Below are positions 1-10,835 of a stretch of 32,000 nt of DNA, piece by piece. How positions within the stretch are numbered: the stretch's first letter is position 1; each line of letters starts with the position of its first letter. The notes below the pieces were generated by a model that saw nothing but the letters and a program-made list of their open reading frames with translations, made no database searches and had not been told where the DNA came from. This DNA comes from Nitrosospira briensis C-128. Its GTDB lineage: Bacteria; Pseudomonadota; Gammaproteobacteria; Burkholderiales; Nitrosomonadaceae. The DNA is taken from positions 2,841,942-2,873,941 of the forward strand of contig NZ_CP012371.1 in NCBI RefSeq assembly GCF_000619905.2, in the 5' to 3' direction. The position numbers were made by a program, and so were the translations under genes.

Positions 1-205
1 CGACGGAAGATGATGTTCCGGTATCCACCAGTGCCGCTTTTCCTGCCTCGACAATCAGGTGAATCGCGGCCAGCCCCGTGCGGAAATAGTCCGCGTCGAT
101 AGTGCTGATACCATGGTCGTAGTCGGTGACCCGAGGCAGGCGGACGGACAGCGGCGGGGTCTCAGCCGATGCTTCTGTCTGGGTATGAAAGTGATTATTC
201 GTCAA
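1..205 (-). CDS. MBL-fold metallo-hydrolase, N-terminal part only (runs off the window edge)
   Basis: Absent from the ORF track because the edge cuts it. My minus-strand translation from TTG at 205..203 reads (M)TNNHFHTQTEASAETPPLSVRLPRVTDYDHGISTIDADYFRTGLAAIHLIVEAGKAALVDTGTSSSV... An in-frame stop lies at 238..236. The 'IDADY.R.GLAA.HLIVE.G.AALVDTGT' stretch resembles the first strands of metallo-beta-lactamase-fold proteins; the HxHxDH motif would lie beyond the edge. The ORF is co-directional with acs and starts 42 nt after its stop. Start codon and family are tentative. Confidence 0.45.
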   Translation of the reverse strand, partial: MTNNHFHTQTEASAETPPLSVRLPRVTDYDHGISTIDADYFRTGLAAIHLIVEAGKAALVDTGTSSSV

Positions 206-247
206 GCTGTCGAGCCATCTAATTGCATTGTCAAGCTATCCAACCCT

Positions 248-2212
248 CTATGCTATCGGGTGCTTCAATTGTTCAAGTATTGCAGGGTTTTCCAGCGTAG
301 AAATATCCTGCGTTATTTCCTCGCCTTTGGCCAGGGTGCGCAGCAAGCGCCGCATGATCTTGCCTGAACGGGTTTTCGGGAGATTATCGCCGAAGCGGAT
401 TTCATCGGGTTTGGCAATAGGACCGATTTCTTTCGATACCCAGTCACGCAATTCCATTGCAATATTGTGGGCATTCTCGCCCTCCGGGCGCTCGCCCTTG
501 AGCACCACGAATGCGACGATGGCCTCGCCCCTGATTTCATCGGGTTTGCCTACCACTGCAGCTTCTGCGACAAGGGGGCTGGCCACCAGCGCGGATTCGA
601 TTTCCATGGTGCCTAAACGGTGACCGGCAACGTTCAATACGTCGTCGGTACGCCCCATGATCCAGAAATAGCCATCCAGATCGCGGTTGGCGGAGTCGCC
701 GGCCAGATAGTACTTGCCGCCAAGTTCTTCGGGAAAATAGGTTTGCTTGAAGCGCTCCGGGTCGCCCCATAAAGTACGTGCCTGTGGCGGAAACGGGCGT
801 TTGATGACAAGAAACCCGCCCTTGCCGTCAGGCAGATCGTGACCTGCCTCATCCACAATGGCCGCCATGATGCCGGGCAACGGGAGTGTGCAGGAACCGG
901 GCTTGAGCGGCACCGCACCGGGCATGGGGGCAATCATGTGGCAACCCGTTTCGGTCTGCCACCAAGTGTCCACAACGGGACAGCGGGACTGGCCAACAAC
1001 GGTGTAATACCACATCCACGCTTCCGGGTTGATCGGCTCGCCTACCGAACCGAGCAGGCGCAAAGAGGAAAGATCATATTTTCCGGGCAGGTCGGGACCC
1101 AGTTTGATAAGCGACCGGATCGCGGTGGGCGCTGTATAAAATGAGGTGACTTTATGGTCCTGAATTATTTTCCAGAAGCGGCCTGCGTCGGGATAAGTGG
1201 GAACCCCCTCGAAGATGACCTGGGTGGCGCCCACGGCCAGCGGACCATAGGTAACGTAGCTATGTCCCGTAACCCAGCCCACATCGGCGGTACACCAGAA
1301 AATATCAGTGGGTTTGTAATCGAAAATCCATTCCATGCTTGTGATTGCGCCCAGCAGGTAACCTGCTGAAGAGTGTTGCACGCCTTTTGGTTTGCCGGTG
1401 GAACCAGAGGTATAGAGCGTGAATAGCGGGTGCTCGGCATTGACCCATTCCGGCTCGCAGGCGTCGCTCTGGTCCCTGATCAATTCGTGCCACCAGATAT
1501 CACGTTCTTGCAGTTGCAGGTTGTCATCACTGCGCTTATACACAATGACCGATTTCACGGAGTCGGTGTTACCCATGGCAAGCGCTGCATCCACCGCGGC
1601 TTTCAAATGGTTGACTTTGCCGCCCCGCCGTTGTTCGTCGGCGGTAATGACAGCCACTGCACCGGCGTCAAGAATGCGCTCATGAATGCTTTTGGAGGAG
1701 AAACCGCCAAATACCACCGAATGCGTCGCACCAATGCGGGCACAGCTTTGCATTGCCACTACGGCTTCGATACTCATCGGCATATAGATAATGACACGAT
1801 CGCCTTTCTTGATGCCAAGAGATCGCAGACCATTGGCAAACTGGCAAACGCGACGGTGAAGATCACGGTATGTGGAACGGGTGATTGTGCCGTCATCCGC
1901 CTCGAAAATAATCGCGATCTTGTCCGGTTGGGTTGCCAGGTGCCGGTCCAGGCAGTTGAACGAGACGTTCAGCTCGCCATCATCAAACCATTTGAAGAAG
2001 GGATGATTCGTTTCATCCAATACGCGAGTGAACGGTTTATGCCACAATATGTGTTCGCGCGCCAGTTTGCCCCAGAACGCGGGAAGGTCTTTTTCGGCTT
2101 CGGCGCAGAGGGCGTGATAAGCTGCAATGCCGGATACATTAGCTTGTTGGACAAATGCCGGGTCCGGCGGAAAAATGCGCGTTTCATTCAGAATGGATTT
2201 GATCGCGGCCAC
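248..2212 (-). CDS. acs: Acetyl-CoA synthetase (AMP-forming)
   Basis: 654-aa ORF with the AMP-binding signature [11 protein letters not shown] and an Acs-type N-terminus and C-terminus (...RSGKIMRR...). GTG start, preceded by GGAGG (complement of 2219..2223). Confidence 0.97.
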   Translation of the reverse strand: MAAIKSILNETRIFPPDPAFVQQANVSGIAAYHALCAEAEKDLPAFWGKLAREHILWHKPFTRVLDETNHPFFKWFDDGELNVSFNCLDRHLATQPDKIAIIFEADDGTITRSTYRDLHRRVCQFANGLRSLGIKKGDRVIIYMPMSIEAVVAMQSCARIGATHSVVFGGFSSKSIHERILDAGAVAVITADEQRRGGKVNHLKAAVDAALAMGNTDSVKSVIVYKRSDDNLQLQERDIWWHELIRDQSDACEPEWVNAEHPLFTLYTSGSTGKPKGVQHSSAGYLLGAITSMEWIFDYKPTDIFWCTADVGWVTGHSYVTYGPLAVGATQVIFEGVPTYPDAGRFWKIIQDHKVTSFYTAPTAIRSLIKLGPDLPGKYDLSSLRLLGSVGEPINPEAWMWYYTVVGQSRCPVVDTWWQTETGCHMIAPMPGAVPLKPGSCTLPLPGIMAAIVDEAGHDLPDGKGGFLVIKRPFPPQARTLWGDPERFKQTYFPEELGGKYYLAGDSANRDLDGYFWIMGRTDDVLNVAGHRLGTMEIESALVASPLVAEAAVVGKPDEIRGEAIVAFVVLKGERPEGENAHNIAMELRDWVSKEIGPIAKPDEIRFGDNLPKTRSGKIMRRLLRTLAKGEEITQDISTLENPAILEQLKHPIA

Positions 2213-2397
2213 GGAATGCCTCCAATGAGTTTTTTATTTGGGAGATCGGTGAAATTGTATCATTCATAAATTCATAATATGTATGGAACCGCTGAATAAG
2301 CGCTAAACGGAAACAGATATTCCCTGACGCAACCAGTTATAATGCAAACAGGGATCTATTTCATTAAGTATAAAATTTTGCTAAAATAGCAATGACT

Positions 2398-2422
2398 ATG
2401 GGCTCTTTCTAGCCCATTTTTT
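2398..2422 (+). terminator. Intrinsic-terminator-like hairpin in the rimP-nusA-infB leader (candidate attenuator)
   Basis: Stem ATGGGCT (2398..2404), loop CTTTCT, stem AGCCCAT (2411..2417), then TTTTT-G-TTT. It ends 15 nt before the rimP ATG (2438). A perfect TATAAT sits at 2338..2343 upstream. The opposite strand has no U-tract. Confidence 0.5.
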
Positions 2423-2437
2423 GTTTGTGCCGGCACT

Positions 2438-2866
2438 ATGGATCTGTATGAATTGCTTGAATCGACCTTGACCGGGCTGGGCTATGAGCTCGTCGAAGTG
2501 GAGCGGTCCTCGCGAGGGAAGATGTTGCGTGTGTTTATTGACAAACCCGACGGTATTACCGTAGATGATTGCGGGGCCGTCAGCAATCATCTGAGCCGCT
2601 TGTTTGCGGTTGAGAACATCGATTACGATCGACTGGAAGTTTCATCGCCCGGCCTGGACAGGCCGCTGAAAAAGGTCGCTGATTTCATCCGCTTTGCGGG
2701 TGAGTCGGTTAAACTGAGGCTACGCGTGGCGTTACAGGGTCAAAGAAATTTCGTCGGAATTTTGCGTGAAGTGAACGACGGGATATTAAAGCTGGAAGTA
2801 GACGGAAAAATGCTCGATCTGGATCTAAACAATCTCGAGAAGGTTCGTCTGGTTCCAAAATTGTAA
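2438..2866 (+). CDS. rimP: Ribosome maturation factor RimP
   Basis: 142 aa with a typical RimP N-terminus ([22 protein letters not shown]...) and the SSPGLDRPL motif. It lies immediately upstream of nusA, as in the conserved operon. Confidence 0.93.
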   Translation: MDLYELLESTLTGLGYELVEVERSSRGKMLRVFIDKPDGITVDDCGAVSNHLSRLFAVENIDYDRLEVSSPGLDRPLKKVADFIRFAGESVKLRLRVALQGQRNFVGILREVNDGILKLEVDGKMLDLDLNNLEKVRLVPKL

Positions 2867-2895
2867 TTATTCGAGAGAGATTGGCTGGAGGTAAC

Positions 2896-4383
2896 ATGAC
2901 GCGCGAAGTTTTACTTTTGGTGGATGCGCTGGCGCGCGAAAAGAATGTCGAGAAAGACATTGTTTTTATCGCGCTTGAATTGGCGCTGGCATCCGCTACA
3001 AAAAAGCGTTTTCACGAAGACGCTGATGTGCGTGTGTCGATCGATCACCAGACAGGCGATTATCAGTCGTTGCGCCGCTGGCAGGTGGTAGCGGACGATG
3101 CTGTGGAAGAGCCTGCCCGTCAAATTCCGTTGAGCGAAGCATTGCAGCGCAATCCTGAAATCGAATTGGATGAATTCATCGAGGAAGTATTGGAGCCGGT
3201 GGAGTTTGGGCGTATCGGCGCTCAAGCAGCGAAGCAGGTGATATTCCAGAAAATTCGCGACGCTGAGCGCGAGCAGATTCTGAGCGATTTTCTGGAACGT
3301 AAAGAATACATGGTTACCGGGACCATCAAGCGGATGGAACGCGGCAATGCGATCATCGAGTCCGGCAGGGTTGAGGCGGCACTGCCCCGCGATCAGATGA
3401 TCCCGAAGGAAAATCTGCGTGTCGGCGACAGAGTGCGCGCCTATTTATACAAGATCGACCGGACCGCCCGCGGTCCGCAGTTGATATTGTCACGGATTGC
3501 ACCGGAGTTTCTTGTAAAACTGTTCGAACTGGAAGTGCCGGAAATCGAGGAAGGTCTGCTGGAGATCAAGGTTGCAGCGAGGGATCCGGGCTCACGTGCC
3601 AAGATTGCGGTCAAATCTCACGATCAGCGCGTTGACCCGATCGGTACCTGCGTAGGTATGCGGGGTTCGAGGGTGCAGGCGGTGACTGGCGAACTGGCCG
3701 GAGAAAGAGTGGACATCATTTTGTGGTCCGACGATCCCGCTACATTCGTGATCAATGCGCTGGCGCCTGCAGAAATCAGCAGCATCCTGGTGGATGAGGA
3801 AAAGCACAGCATGGACATCGTGGTGGATGAGGATAACCTTGCCCAGGCTATTGGACGTGGAGGCCAGAATGTACGGCTTGCGTCTGAGTTGACGGGTTGG
3901 GAGCTCAACATCATGACGATGGAAGAGTCACAGGCAAAAAATGAAGAGGAATTTTCCGTACTTCGGCACCTCTTCATGGAAAAACTTGATGTGGATGAGG
4001 AAGTGGCGGATATTCTCGTGCAGGAAGGTTTTACCACGCTGGAAGAAGTGGCTTATGTGCCACTCAACGAAATGCTGGAAATCGAGGCATTTGACGAGCA
4101 AACGGTCAACGAACTCCGCACTCGAGCTCGTAATGCTCTTTTGACGGAGGCGATCTTCAGCGAGGAAAAAGTGGAGAATATAGCAGAAGACCTGCTTTCG
4201 CTGGAGGGTATGGACAGTCAGACAGCGCGTGAATTGGCGGCCAAAGGAGTGAATACTCAGGAGGATCTCGCCGATCTGGCTGTGGATGACCTGATTGAAA
4301 TGGTCGAGATGGATGCTGAACGAGCCAGGCAGTTAATCATGGCGGCGCGCGCGCCTTGGTTTGCCTCGGCAGACAGGGCATAG
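2896..4383 (+). CDS. nusA: Transcription termination/antitermination factor NusA
   Basis: S1 and KH domains ([16 protein letters not shown]) plus C-terminal acidic repeats. I prefer the ATG at 2896 ([18 protein letters not shown]...), which has GGAGG at 2887..2891, over the track's TTG at 2881. Confidence 0.96.
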   Translation: MTREVLLLVDALAREKNVEKDIVFIALELALASATKKRFHEDADVRVSIDHQTGDYQSLRRWQVVADDAVEEPARQIPLSEALQRNPEIELDEFIEEVLEPVEFGRIGAQAAKQVIFQKIRDAEREQILSDFLERKEYMVTGTIKRMERGNAIIESGRVEAALPRDQMIPKENLRVGDRVRAYLYKIDRTARGPQLILSRIAPEFLVKLFELEVPEIEEGLLEIKVAARDPGSRAKIAVKSHDQRVDPIGTCVGMRGSRVQAVTGELAGERVDIILWSDDPATFVINALAPAEISSILVDEEKHSMDIVVDEDNLAQAIGRGGQNVRLASELTGWELNIMTMEESQAKNEEEFSVLRHLFMEKLDVDEEVADILVQEGFTTLEEVAYVPLNEMLEIEAFDEQTVNELRTRARNALLTEAIFSEEKVENIAEDLLSLEGMDSQTARELAAKGVNTQEDLADLAVDDLIEMVEMDAERARQLIMAARAPWFASADRA

Positions 4384-4400
4384 GTTATTAAAGGTTATCA

Positions 4401-7013
4401 ATGTCTCAAATGAACGTAGAACAATTCGCTAGTGAACTGGGTGTGCTTCCTGCAGTGCTGCTGGAGCAACTCCGGGCCGCCGGTATCCGCAAGCATCTGA
4501 CTGAGGATAGTTTGACCGAAAGCGATAAAACCCAGCTTCTCGACTATTTGCGCAAAATCCACGGTGCCAATGAGGACAAGGGCAAGATTTCTCTTCCGCG
4601 TCGGCAGACTTCCGAGATCAAGAAGTCGGACAGCACCGGCAAAGCCCGGAGTATCCAGGTAGAGGTGCGCAAGAAGCGTGTGTTTGTGAAGGGTGATTTA
4701 ACGACCGAGACAAAGGCGGTGGAACCCGCTGTCACTTCCGCTCCCGTTACGACTGCGCCGGTTCTCACGCCGGTGGTGGATGCGGCACAGCAGGCCTTGC
4801 GGCAAGAGGAAGCGAGAACACAGGCTGAATTGATCGCACGGCAGACTGCGGAACTGAGGGAAAAGAAACAACGGCAAAAGCCGGCAGTTAATATCGAGGA
4901 AGTTGAGCCGGTTGCCGCAATCCAGGGCGAACCCGCTGCTACTCCCGAGCCCATACCTGCTGCGCCTGTCGGTACCCCATCGGTGGCGCCTGCGGTTGAG
5001 GCGGCCCAGCCTGCTCTAACCGAAGGAACATTGCATAAGCCGGTAGTCAAGCCGGAAGAGAAGGCGGCGAAGGCCGAAAAGAAAAAGAAGCAGGCCAAGC
5101 AAGTGGTCTGGAAAGACGACAGGGTCGAGAAACGTGGAGGACTCAAGACACGGAGCGATTTATCCAGCGTCAAGGGTTGGCGTACGCGCAGAGATAGACA
5201 CGGTAAAGCGACCACGGAAGACCAGGGCGCTCACAGCTTTTCCGTACCCACCGAACCGATTGTCCATGAGGTAATGGTACCTGAGACCATTTCGGTCGGG
5301 GCGCTCGCGCAGAAGATGTCGATTAAAGCCGCAGAAGTTATCAAGACCCTGATGAAAATGGGGAATATGGTAACTATCAATCAAATGCTGGACCAGGAAA
5401 CTGCCATGATCGTGGTGGAAGAGCTGGGCCATGTCGCCAAATATGCGGCGCTGGATAGCCCCGAAGCCTTTCTGGCGGACACGGAACTACCCGGAGCGGG
5501 ATCGAAAACGGAGCCGCGTGCGCCGGTAGTTACCGTTATGGGACACGTCGATCACGGCAAGACTTCGCTTCTCGATTACATACGTCGTACACGTGTGGCA
5601 AGCGGAGAAGCTGGCGGCATTACTCAGCACATTGGTGCCTATCATGTGGAAACTGAAAGAGGCATGGTCACGTTTCTGGATACGCCTGGCCATGAAGCTT
5701 TTACCGCCATGCGTGCCCGCGGCGCAAAAGTTACCGATCTGGTTATATTGGTTGTAGCGGCGGATGACGGCGTAATGCCTCAGACGATCGAGGCGATACA
5801 CCATGCCAAGGCCGCCAAAGTGCCGATCGTGGTAGGAATAACAAAAGTAGATAAACCCGACGCTAATCCAGAACGTATCAGGCAGGAACTGGTAACGCAG
5901 GGTGTCGTCCCGGAAGATTGGGGTGGCGATACGATGTTCGTCGAGGTTTCCGCCAAGACCGGCCAAGGCATCGATTCATTGCTCGAAAGCGTACTGCTCC
6001 AGGCTGAAGTGCTGGAACTCGGGGCCGTAACGGACGGACCCGCCAAAGGTATCGTCATCGAGTCGCGCCTGGATAAAGGCCGTGGCCCGGTGGCAACAAT
6101 ACTCGTTCAGTCGGGCACTTTAAAGCGTGGTGATATATTGCTGGCAGGCGCCGTGTTTGGCCGAGTGCGCGCAATGCTCGACGAAAGCGGCCGGCCGGTG
6201 GACCAGGCCGGACCTTCCATTCCGGTGGAAATTCAAGGCTTGTCAGAAGTTCCTGTCGCTGGCGAAACGGTAGTGGTGCTGACGGATGAGCGCAAAGCTC
6301 GCGAAATCGCACTTTTCCGCCAAGGCAAATTCCGCGACGTAAAGCTTGCCAGACAACAGGCGGCCAAACTGGAAAATGTATTTGAGCAGAAGGGTGAGGT
6401 CAAAGTACTCGCGCTTATCATCAAAGCCGATGTGCAGGGTTCTTACGAAGCGCTGACGCATGCACTGCAAGGGCTTTCCACCGACGAGGTCAGAGTTAAT
6501 ATTATCCACAGCGGTGTGGGAGCGATTACCGAATCCGACATTAATCTGGCGCTCGCTTCCAAAGCCGTTGTGATTGGCTTCAATAGCCGCGCAGATACGG
6601 TGGCGCGCAAGCTCATCGGTTCTACCGGAGTGGATGTGCGCTACTACGGTATTATTTACGAGGCTGTGGACGAAATCAGGGCAGCGCTATCGGGCATGAT
6701 GACCCCTGACCGCAAGGAGAACGTTACGGGCCTGGTAGAGATACGCCAGGTGTTTCGTATCTCTAAAGTGGGCGCAGTGGCGGGTTGCCTGGTGCTGGAG
6801 GGCGTCATCAAGCGCGGGTCGCTAACCAGGCTGATACGCAATGGCGAACTCATCCACACAGGCGAGCTTGATTCGCTGAAGCGTTTCAAGGACGACGTGA
6901 AAGAGGTGAGAGCGGGTTTTGAATGTGGTTTATCACTGAAGAACTTTAATGACATCCAGGTGGGTGATCAGCTGGAAACCTACGAAATCGTCGAAGTTGC
7001 ACGTAGCTTGTAA
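4401..7013 (+). CDS. infB: Translation initiation factor IF-2
   Basis: 870 aa with G-domain motifs [14 protein letters not shown] and TKVD. It has an Ala/Pro/Lys-rich low-complexity N-terminal region and sits in the conserved position after nusA. Confidence 0.98.
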   Translation: MSQMNVEQFASELGVLPAVLLEQLRAAGIRKHLTEDSLTESDKTQLLDYLRKIHGANEDKGKISLPRRQTSEIKKSDSTGKARSIQVEVRKKRVFVKGDLTTETKAVEPAVTSAPVTTAPVLTPVVDAAQQALRQEEARTQAELIARQTAELREKKQRQKPAVNIEEVEPVAAIQGEPAATPEPIPAAPVGTPSVAPAVEAAQPALTEGTLHKPVVKPEEKAAKAEKKKKQAKQVVWKDDRVEKRGGLKTRSDLSSVKGWRTRRDRHGKATTEDQGAHSFSVPTEPIVHEVMVPETISVGALAQKMSIKAAEVIKTLMKMGNMVTINQMLDQETAMIVVEELGHVAKYAALDSPEAFLADTELPGAGSKTEPRAPVVTVMGHVDHGKTSLLDYIRRTRVASGEAGGITQHIGAYHVETERGMVTFLDTPGHEAFTAMRARGAKVTDLVILVVAADDGVMPQTIEAIHHAKAAKVPIVVGITKVDKPDANPERIRQELVTQGVVPEDWGGDTMFVEVSAKTGQGIDSLLESVLLQAEVLELGAVTDGPAKGIVIESRLDKGRGPVATILVQSGTLKRGDILLAGAVFGRVRAMLDESGRPVDQAGPSIPVEIQGLSEVPVAGETVVVLTDERKAREIALFRQGKFRDVKLARQQAAKLENVFEQKGEVKVLALIIKADVQGSYEALTHALQGLSTDEVRVNIIHSGVGAITESDINLALASKAVVIGFNSRADTVARKLIGSTGVDVRYYGIIYEAVDEIRAALSGMMTPDRKENVTGLVEIRQVFRISKVGAVAGCLVLEGVIKRGSLTRLIRNGELIHTGELDSLKRFKDDVKEVRAGFECGLSLKNFNDIQVGDQLETYEIVEVARSL

Positions 7014-7036
7014 CTGCCGCACCGGATGGGATCATC

Positions 7037-7417
7037 ATGCCTAAAGATTATTCCCGCGCGCTGCGGATAGCCGACCAGATTCAGCGTGAACTCGCCGACC
7101 TGATTCGCAACGACCTCAACGATCCCCGTATTGGCATGATCACCTTGACTGGTGTCGAGGTGAGCCAGGATTACGCGCATGCCAAAGTTTTTTACACGAC
7201 GCTGCGCAGCGAAAGCGACAATTTCCTCACCGGCAAAGGATTGGAAAACGCATCTGGATTTTTACGCAACCACTTGATGCATCGATTGAAGCTTCGAGTA
7301 ATCCCGCAACTTCATTTCATTTATGACGAGTCGGTCGAGCGCGGTGTGCGTTTATCCCAACTGATAGATGAGGCCGTAGCGCAAGAGGCGCCGGCGAACG
7401 AACCGGATGATACCTGA
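7037..7417 (+). CDS. rbfA: Ribosome-binding factor A
   Basis: 126 aa with an RbfA-like N-terminus (R..RIADQIQRELADLI) and conserved operon position. Confidence 0.94.
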   Translation: MPKDYSRALRIADQIQRELADLIRNDLNDPRIGMITLTGVEVSQDYAHAKVFYTTLRSESDNFLTGKGLENASGFLRNHLMHRLKLRVIPQLHFIYDESVERGVRLSQLIDEAVAQEAPANEPDDT

Positions 7418-7436
7418 TCTGTGTCCGATCAGGTAT
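7410..7436 (+). other. Perfect 10-bp stem-loop spanning the rbfA stop codon
   Basis: ATACCTGATC (7410..7419), loop TGTGTCC, GATCAGGTAT (7427..7436). The rbfA TGA (7415..7417) lies inside the 5' arm. There is no U-tract, and truB starts at 7451. Confidence 0.45.
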
Positions 7437-7450
7437 AGATCACCTTTATA

Positions 7451-8395
7451 TTGAACCGTGTTTTAAAGCCTGCATACGTCAAGCGTCACATCAGCGGCGT
7501 CCTGCTGCTCGACAAGCCAGCCCACATTTCGTCCAATCAAGCGTTGCAGATAGCCAAACGCATCTTTGCAGCGCATAAGGCCGGTCACACAGGCACGCTT
7601 GACCCGATGGCAACCGGCCTGTTACCCATTTGCTTCGGGGAGGCTACAAAGTTTTCGTCGGCATTGCTTGGGGCGAACAAGGCCTACGAAGCGACGTTGA
7701 GGCTGGGCTATATCAGTACTACCGGCGATGCCGAAGGTGAAATTTCAGTTGCAAGCGAAATAGAACCCGGGGATTTGAAGTTGGCGCCGCAGCAGATCGA
7801 GGCAGTGCTGAAAAGATTTATCGGCACGATCATGCAGGTGCCGCCGATGTATAGTGCCCTGAAACATCAAGGGAAACCCATGTATGCTTACGCAAGGGAA
7901 GGGTTGGAAATCGAGCGGCAACCACGTGAAGCCATTATTCATGAGTTGCATATCGAGGCCTTCGAGGGGAATGGTTTACGCATCCTGGTCAAGTGCGGTT
8001 CGGGTACTTACATCCGCACGCTGGCTGAAGATATAGGCAAGGCGCTAGGATGCGGTGGGGCATATCTCACCCGCTTGCGCCGAAGCATTGTTGATAATTT
8101 TGACTTATCGCAAGCTTATACGTTGGATGTGCTTGAAGCTATGCCGCTGCCGCAGCGAGACTGCTGTCTGCTTCCGGTCGATATTCTCATGCGGGACCTG
8201 GCGACCGCTACACTGGATGCCGCAGCGGCGGCATCTTTGCTTCAAGGACGGGTGATCTGCGACTATTTCTCGCAGGATGGTTTATCCGAGGGACAAAAGA
8301 TTCGATTGTACGATCAGACTAAACGTTTTCTGGGGGTGGGAAAAATAACCGCGGGGGGTGAAATCGCCCCTAGTAGACTTATAGGGAACGTTTGA
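7451..8395 (+). CDS. truB: tRNA pseudouridine-55 synthase TruB
   Basis: 314 aa with the catalytic-Asp motif GHTGTLDPMATG, an LLLDKP N-terminal motif and a PUA-like C-terminus. TTG start; there is no alternative ATG nearby. Confidence 0.93.
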   Translation: MNRVLKPAYVKRHISGVLLLDKPAHISSNQALQIAKRIFAAHKAGHTGTLDPMATGLLPICFGEATKFSSALLGANKAYEATLRLGYISTTGDAEGEISVASEIEPGDLKLAPQQIEAVLKRFIGTIMQVPPMYSALKHQGKPMYAYAREGLEIERQPREAIIHELHIEAFEGNGLRILVKCGSGTYIRTLAEDIGKALGCGGAYLTRLRRSIVDNFDLSQAYTLDVLEAMPLPQRDCCLLPVDILMRDLATATLDAAAAASLLQGRVICDYFSQDGLSEGQKIRLYDQTKRFLGVGKITAGGEIAPSRLIGNV

Positions 8396-8405
8396 ACAGT
8401 TCGGT

Positions 8406-8436
8406 GGAGGTAGAGCAAAGGGTTTTCGCTGCCTCC
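8406..8436. terminator. Imperfect hairpin between convergent truB and the REC-PAS gene
   Basis: GGAGGTAG (8406..8413) pairs with CTGCCTCC (8429..8436) including one G-T. A T-run follows only 12 nt later (8448..8453), so the terminator assignment is weak. Confidence 0.3.
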
Positions 8437-8606
8437 CTATCCCGATTATTTTTGTCGGATTACTCATCCAGTAAGCGGAGCTTTGGCGGCGTAATTTGAC
8501 CTGATAACAGTTGGCTGACCTGACACCGGTTGATTACGCTGCGCTAACTCCACCGATCCAGCTACTGGTAAACCCTGGATTCATTCGGGAATCGGAACAA
8601 AGGTTA

Positions 8607-9443
8607 TCAATTTTGTTTTGACCGCATGCTGTCGGTAACATCTTTACCTATTCCGCGATAACCGGTGAAGCGGCCAGACGAGTCGAACATCGGTTCTCCG
8701 CTAACCATCAGATATTGTTTGGCGCCATCGGCTTTAGTGCGGCTGTAGACAAAATCGATAAAAGGCCGTCGTGCCGTGATATTTTCCTTGAATGCGGCAT
8801 ACTCGGATTCATTCCAGCGCGTTCCACTATCTTCCCTATGCTCACCCATCAGTTTATCAACCCCGATCCCGAGCATATCAAGGACGGGTCCATAAACCTT
8901 GGTAAAGCGTCCTTTCTCGTCTTGTTCCCAGTACCAGTCAGACGCCAGTTCGGTCAACCGGCGAAAGCGCGCTTCGCTCTCGCGTAGTTCCGTAGTTCGC
9001 TCCGCCACGGTTTGTTCCAGCTTTTTATTATAATCCTCGAGTTGTTTATATAACAGGCGTACTTCCAGCATGTTGTGGATACGTGTCTGGACTTCAACCA
9101 GATCGAATGGCTTGCTGACAAAATCTTTCGCGCCGGCCTGAAGCGCTCGCAACTTATGACCTGGCTGGGCAGTGATTACAAGTACTGGCAAATAGCCTTT
9201 CGGTTCAATTTGCTTCAGGGCTTCCAACACCTGAAAGCCATCCATGCCCGGCATTTGCAGATCGAGAAGAATCAGATCATAACGGTTCTGGCGATAGAGC
9301 CCGGATACCTCGCGTGGATTCATTGTCGAGGCAATACAGGTATAACGTGCGTCGCTCAGCATTTGCTCAAGCAGCCGGACATTAGCTTCCTGATCATCGA
9401 CAATCAGGATTTTAGCGTTAAGAATGTCGGGAGTACTAATCAT
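8607..9443 (-). CDS. Orphan response regulator, REC + coiled-coil linker + PAS, with no enzymatic or DNA-binding output
   Basis: REC motifs are present: IVDDQ, LILLDLQMPGMDG (phospho-Asp) and FVSKP (Lys). The C-terminal PAS-like segment reads SDWYWEQDEKGRF...GEPMFDSSGRFTGYRGIGKDVT. I chose the ATG at 9443 (MISTPDILNAK...) because the paralogue at 9749..10687 aligns from the same 'MI..DI.NAKILIVDDQ', whereas residues upstream of it are not conserved. Confidence 0.85.
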   Translation of the reverse strand: MISTPDILNAKILIVDDQEANVRLLEQMLSDARYTCIASTMNPREVSGLYRQNRYDLILLDLQMPGMDGFQVLEALKQIEPKGYLPVLVITAQPGHKLRALQAGAKDFVSKPFDLVEVQTRIHNMLEVRLLYKQLEDYNKKLEQTVAERTTELRESEARFRRLTELASDWYWEQDEKGRFTKVYGPVLDMLGIGVDKLMGEHREDSGTRWNESEYAAFKENITARRPFIDFVYSRTKADGAKQYLMVSGEPMFDSSGRFTGYRGIGKDVTDSMRSKQN

Positions 9444-9748
9444 TTTCTGTTCCCTATTCACTGGCAATTAATCGATTTTTTTCGAATTTGCCTAAGATAC
9501 TCCATCGTTCTGTAGATGGTAATGGTAAAAAGTAACTATTTCTCCGTAACTGACCTTTGCCATCCCCACCCAGAAATGTCGAGCCTATCAGCACGTCTGT
9601 CTGGGGTAAACACGGAGCGGAACGGGTACAGCAAACTCGATATCCATATTCCGCTATATTCTTTCCTGACGAATTTATATTGTTGACACGGAAATACTTT
9701 GCCAAACTCGAATCGAGCTCGTGAGTTTACGCGAAACAGAATTGGCCA

Positions 9749-10687
9749 TCACATATATGCTCGCTCCGAAATTCGATAGGTATTCTTGTTTGCCTGCTTG
9801 GCGTCCAGCAGAGCTGCGTCCGCATTTTTCAAAAGCGTATTGACATCTTTGCCATTGAACGGGTAAAGACCGATACCCGCACTCGCCGTGACCCAAACAT
9901 TATTCCCCTGAATACTATAGGGTTGCGACAGCACTTTGATAATTTTTTCTGCTGCAAGTGCTACACCGTTGACGTTACTGACATGCGGCATTGCGACCAC
10001 AAATTCATCACCACCGAGTCGCGCTACAGTATCTTCCTGGCGTACAGCCGCCACCAAGCGTGCTGCAACCAATTTTAGAAGCAAATCGCCGACGTCGTGA
10101 CCCAAGGTGTTATTGATCTGCCTGAAACCATCCAGATCCAGATATATAACCGCCATAATGCTGTCATATCTTTTTGCATGGATGATTGCCTGGGAGACTC
10201 TCTCCACCAGAAGACGCCTGTTGGAAAGCCCAGTCAAAGGGTCATGCAGCGCCATGAATTCCTGTGTTTTAGCATAACTGCGCGACCGCTGATGCAACAA
10301 GCGCACTTCCAGCAGATTGTGAACCCGGGCAAGTACCTCGGCCATATCAAACGGTTTGCTGACGAAATCTCTTGCCCCGGATTGGAGCGCGCGGAGCTTA
10401 CAGTCAGGATTAGCGGTAATGACCAGTACGGAGAGGTATCCGTCCGCTTCGATCTCCTTCAAGGCTTCCAGCACCTGAAATCCATCCATGCCGGGCATTT
10501 TGAGATCAAGCAAAATCAAGTCATAACGATTTTGCCGATGCAATTCATAAACCTTATAGGGATCCATCGTCGAACTGATGGAAGTATAGTTTGCAGTGCT
10601 TAACACGCTTTGCAGGAGCTGGATATTTGATTCCTGGTCGTCAACGATCAGGATTTTTGCATTATGAATGTCGGTTTCAGTGATCAT
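9749..10687 (-). CDS. Response regulator-diguanylate cyclase (REC + GGDEF)
   Basis: The REC domain is almost collinear with the neighbour (LILLDLKMPGMDG, FVSKP). The GGDEF motif is intact (RLGGDEFVV). An RxxD I-site (RQED) lies 5 residues upstream, and LTGLSNRR precedes the domain. Start taken as the ATG at 10687 (MITETDIHNAK...); the track's TTG at 10759 is possible. Confidence 0.88.
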   Translation of the reverse strand: MITETDIHNAKILIVDDQESNIQLLQSVLSTANYTSISSTMDPYKVYELHRQNRYDLILLDLKMPGMDGFQVLEALKEIEADGYLSVLVITANPDCKLRALQSGARDFVSKPFDMAEVLARVHNLLEVRLLHQRSRSYAKTQEFMALHDPLTGLSNRRLLVERVSQAIIHAKRYDSIMAVIYLDLDGFRQINNTLGHDVGDLLLKLVAARLVAAVRQEDTVARLGGDEFVVAMPHVSNVNGVALAAEKIIKVLSQPYSIQGNNVWVTASAGIGLYPFNGKDVNTLLKNADAALLDAKQANKNTYRISERAYM

Positions 10688-10835
10688 ATTGCTTGAATAT
10701 TCAATTGGCCGACTATCTTTGTAACCTGGCTGATCGATGGCGAGTTTGATCAATGGCAAATTCTCAGGCCTTAAACGCGCAAATTTTGCTGCTATTTTGC
10801 GTCGCTATCTGTGCGCTAACTCTCATAAGAAACAT

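Noticed and set aside
1430-2269. 279-aa ORF on the + strand
   Set aside because: It lies entirely antisense to the well-supported acs gene, has no recognisable motifs and has Arg/Gly-rich composition typical of the reverse frame of a GC-biased gene. The other short ORFs listed within 59..2187 are rejected for the same reason.
4544-5215. 223-aa ORF on the - strand
   Set aside because: It is antisense to the low-complexity Ala/Pro/Lys-rich N-terminal region of infB. The open frame is a by-product of that repetitive composition.
9454-9705. 83-aa - strand ORF between the two response-regulator genes
   Set aside because: It overlaps the start region of the REC-PAS gene and has no SD or motifs. 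The spacer more likely holds the REC-PAS promoter.
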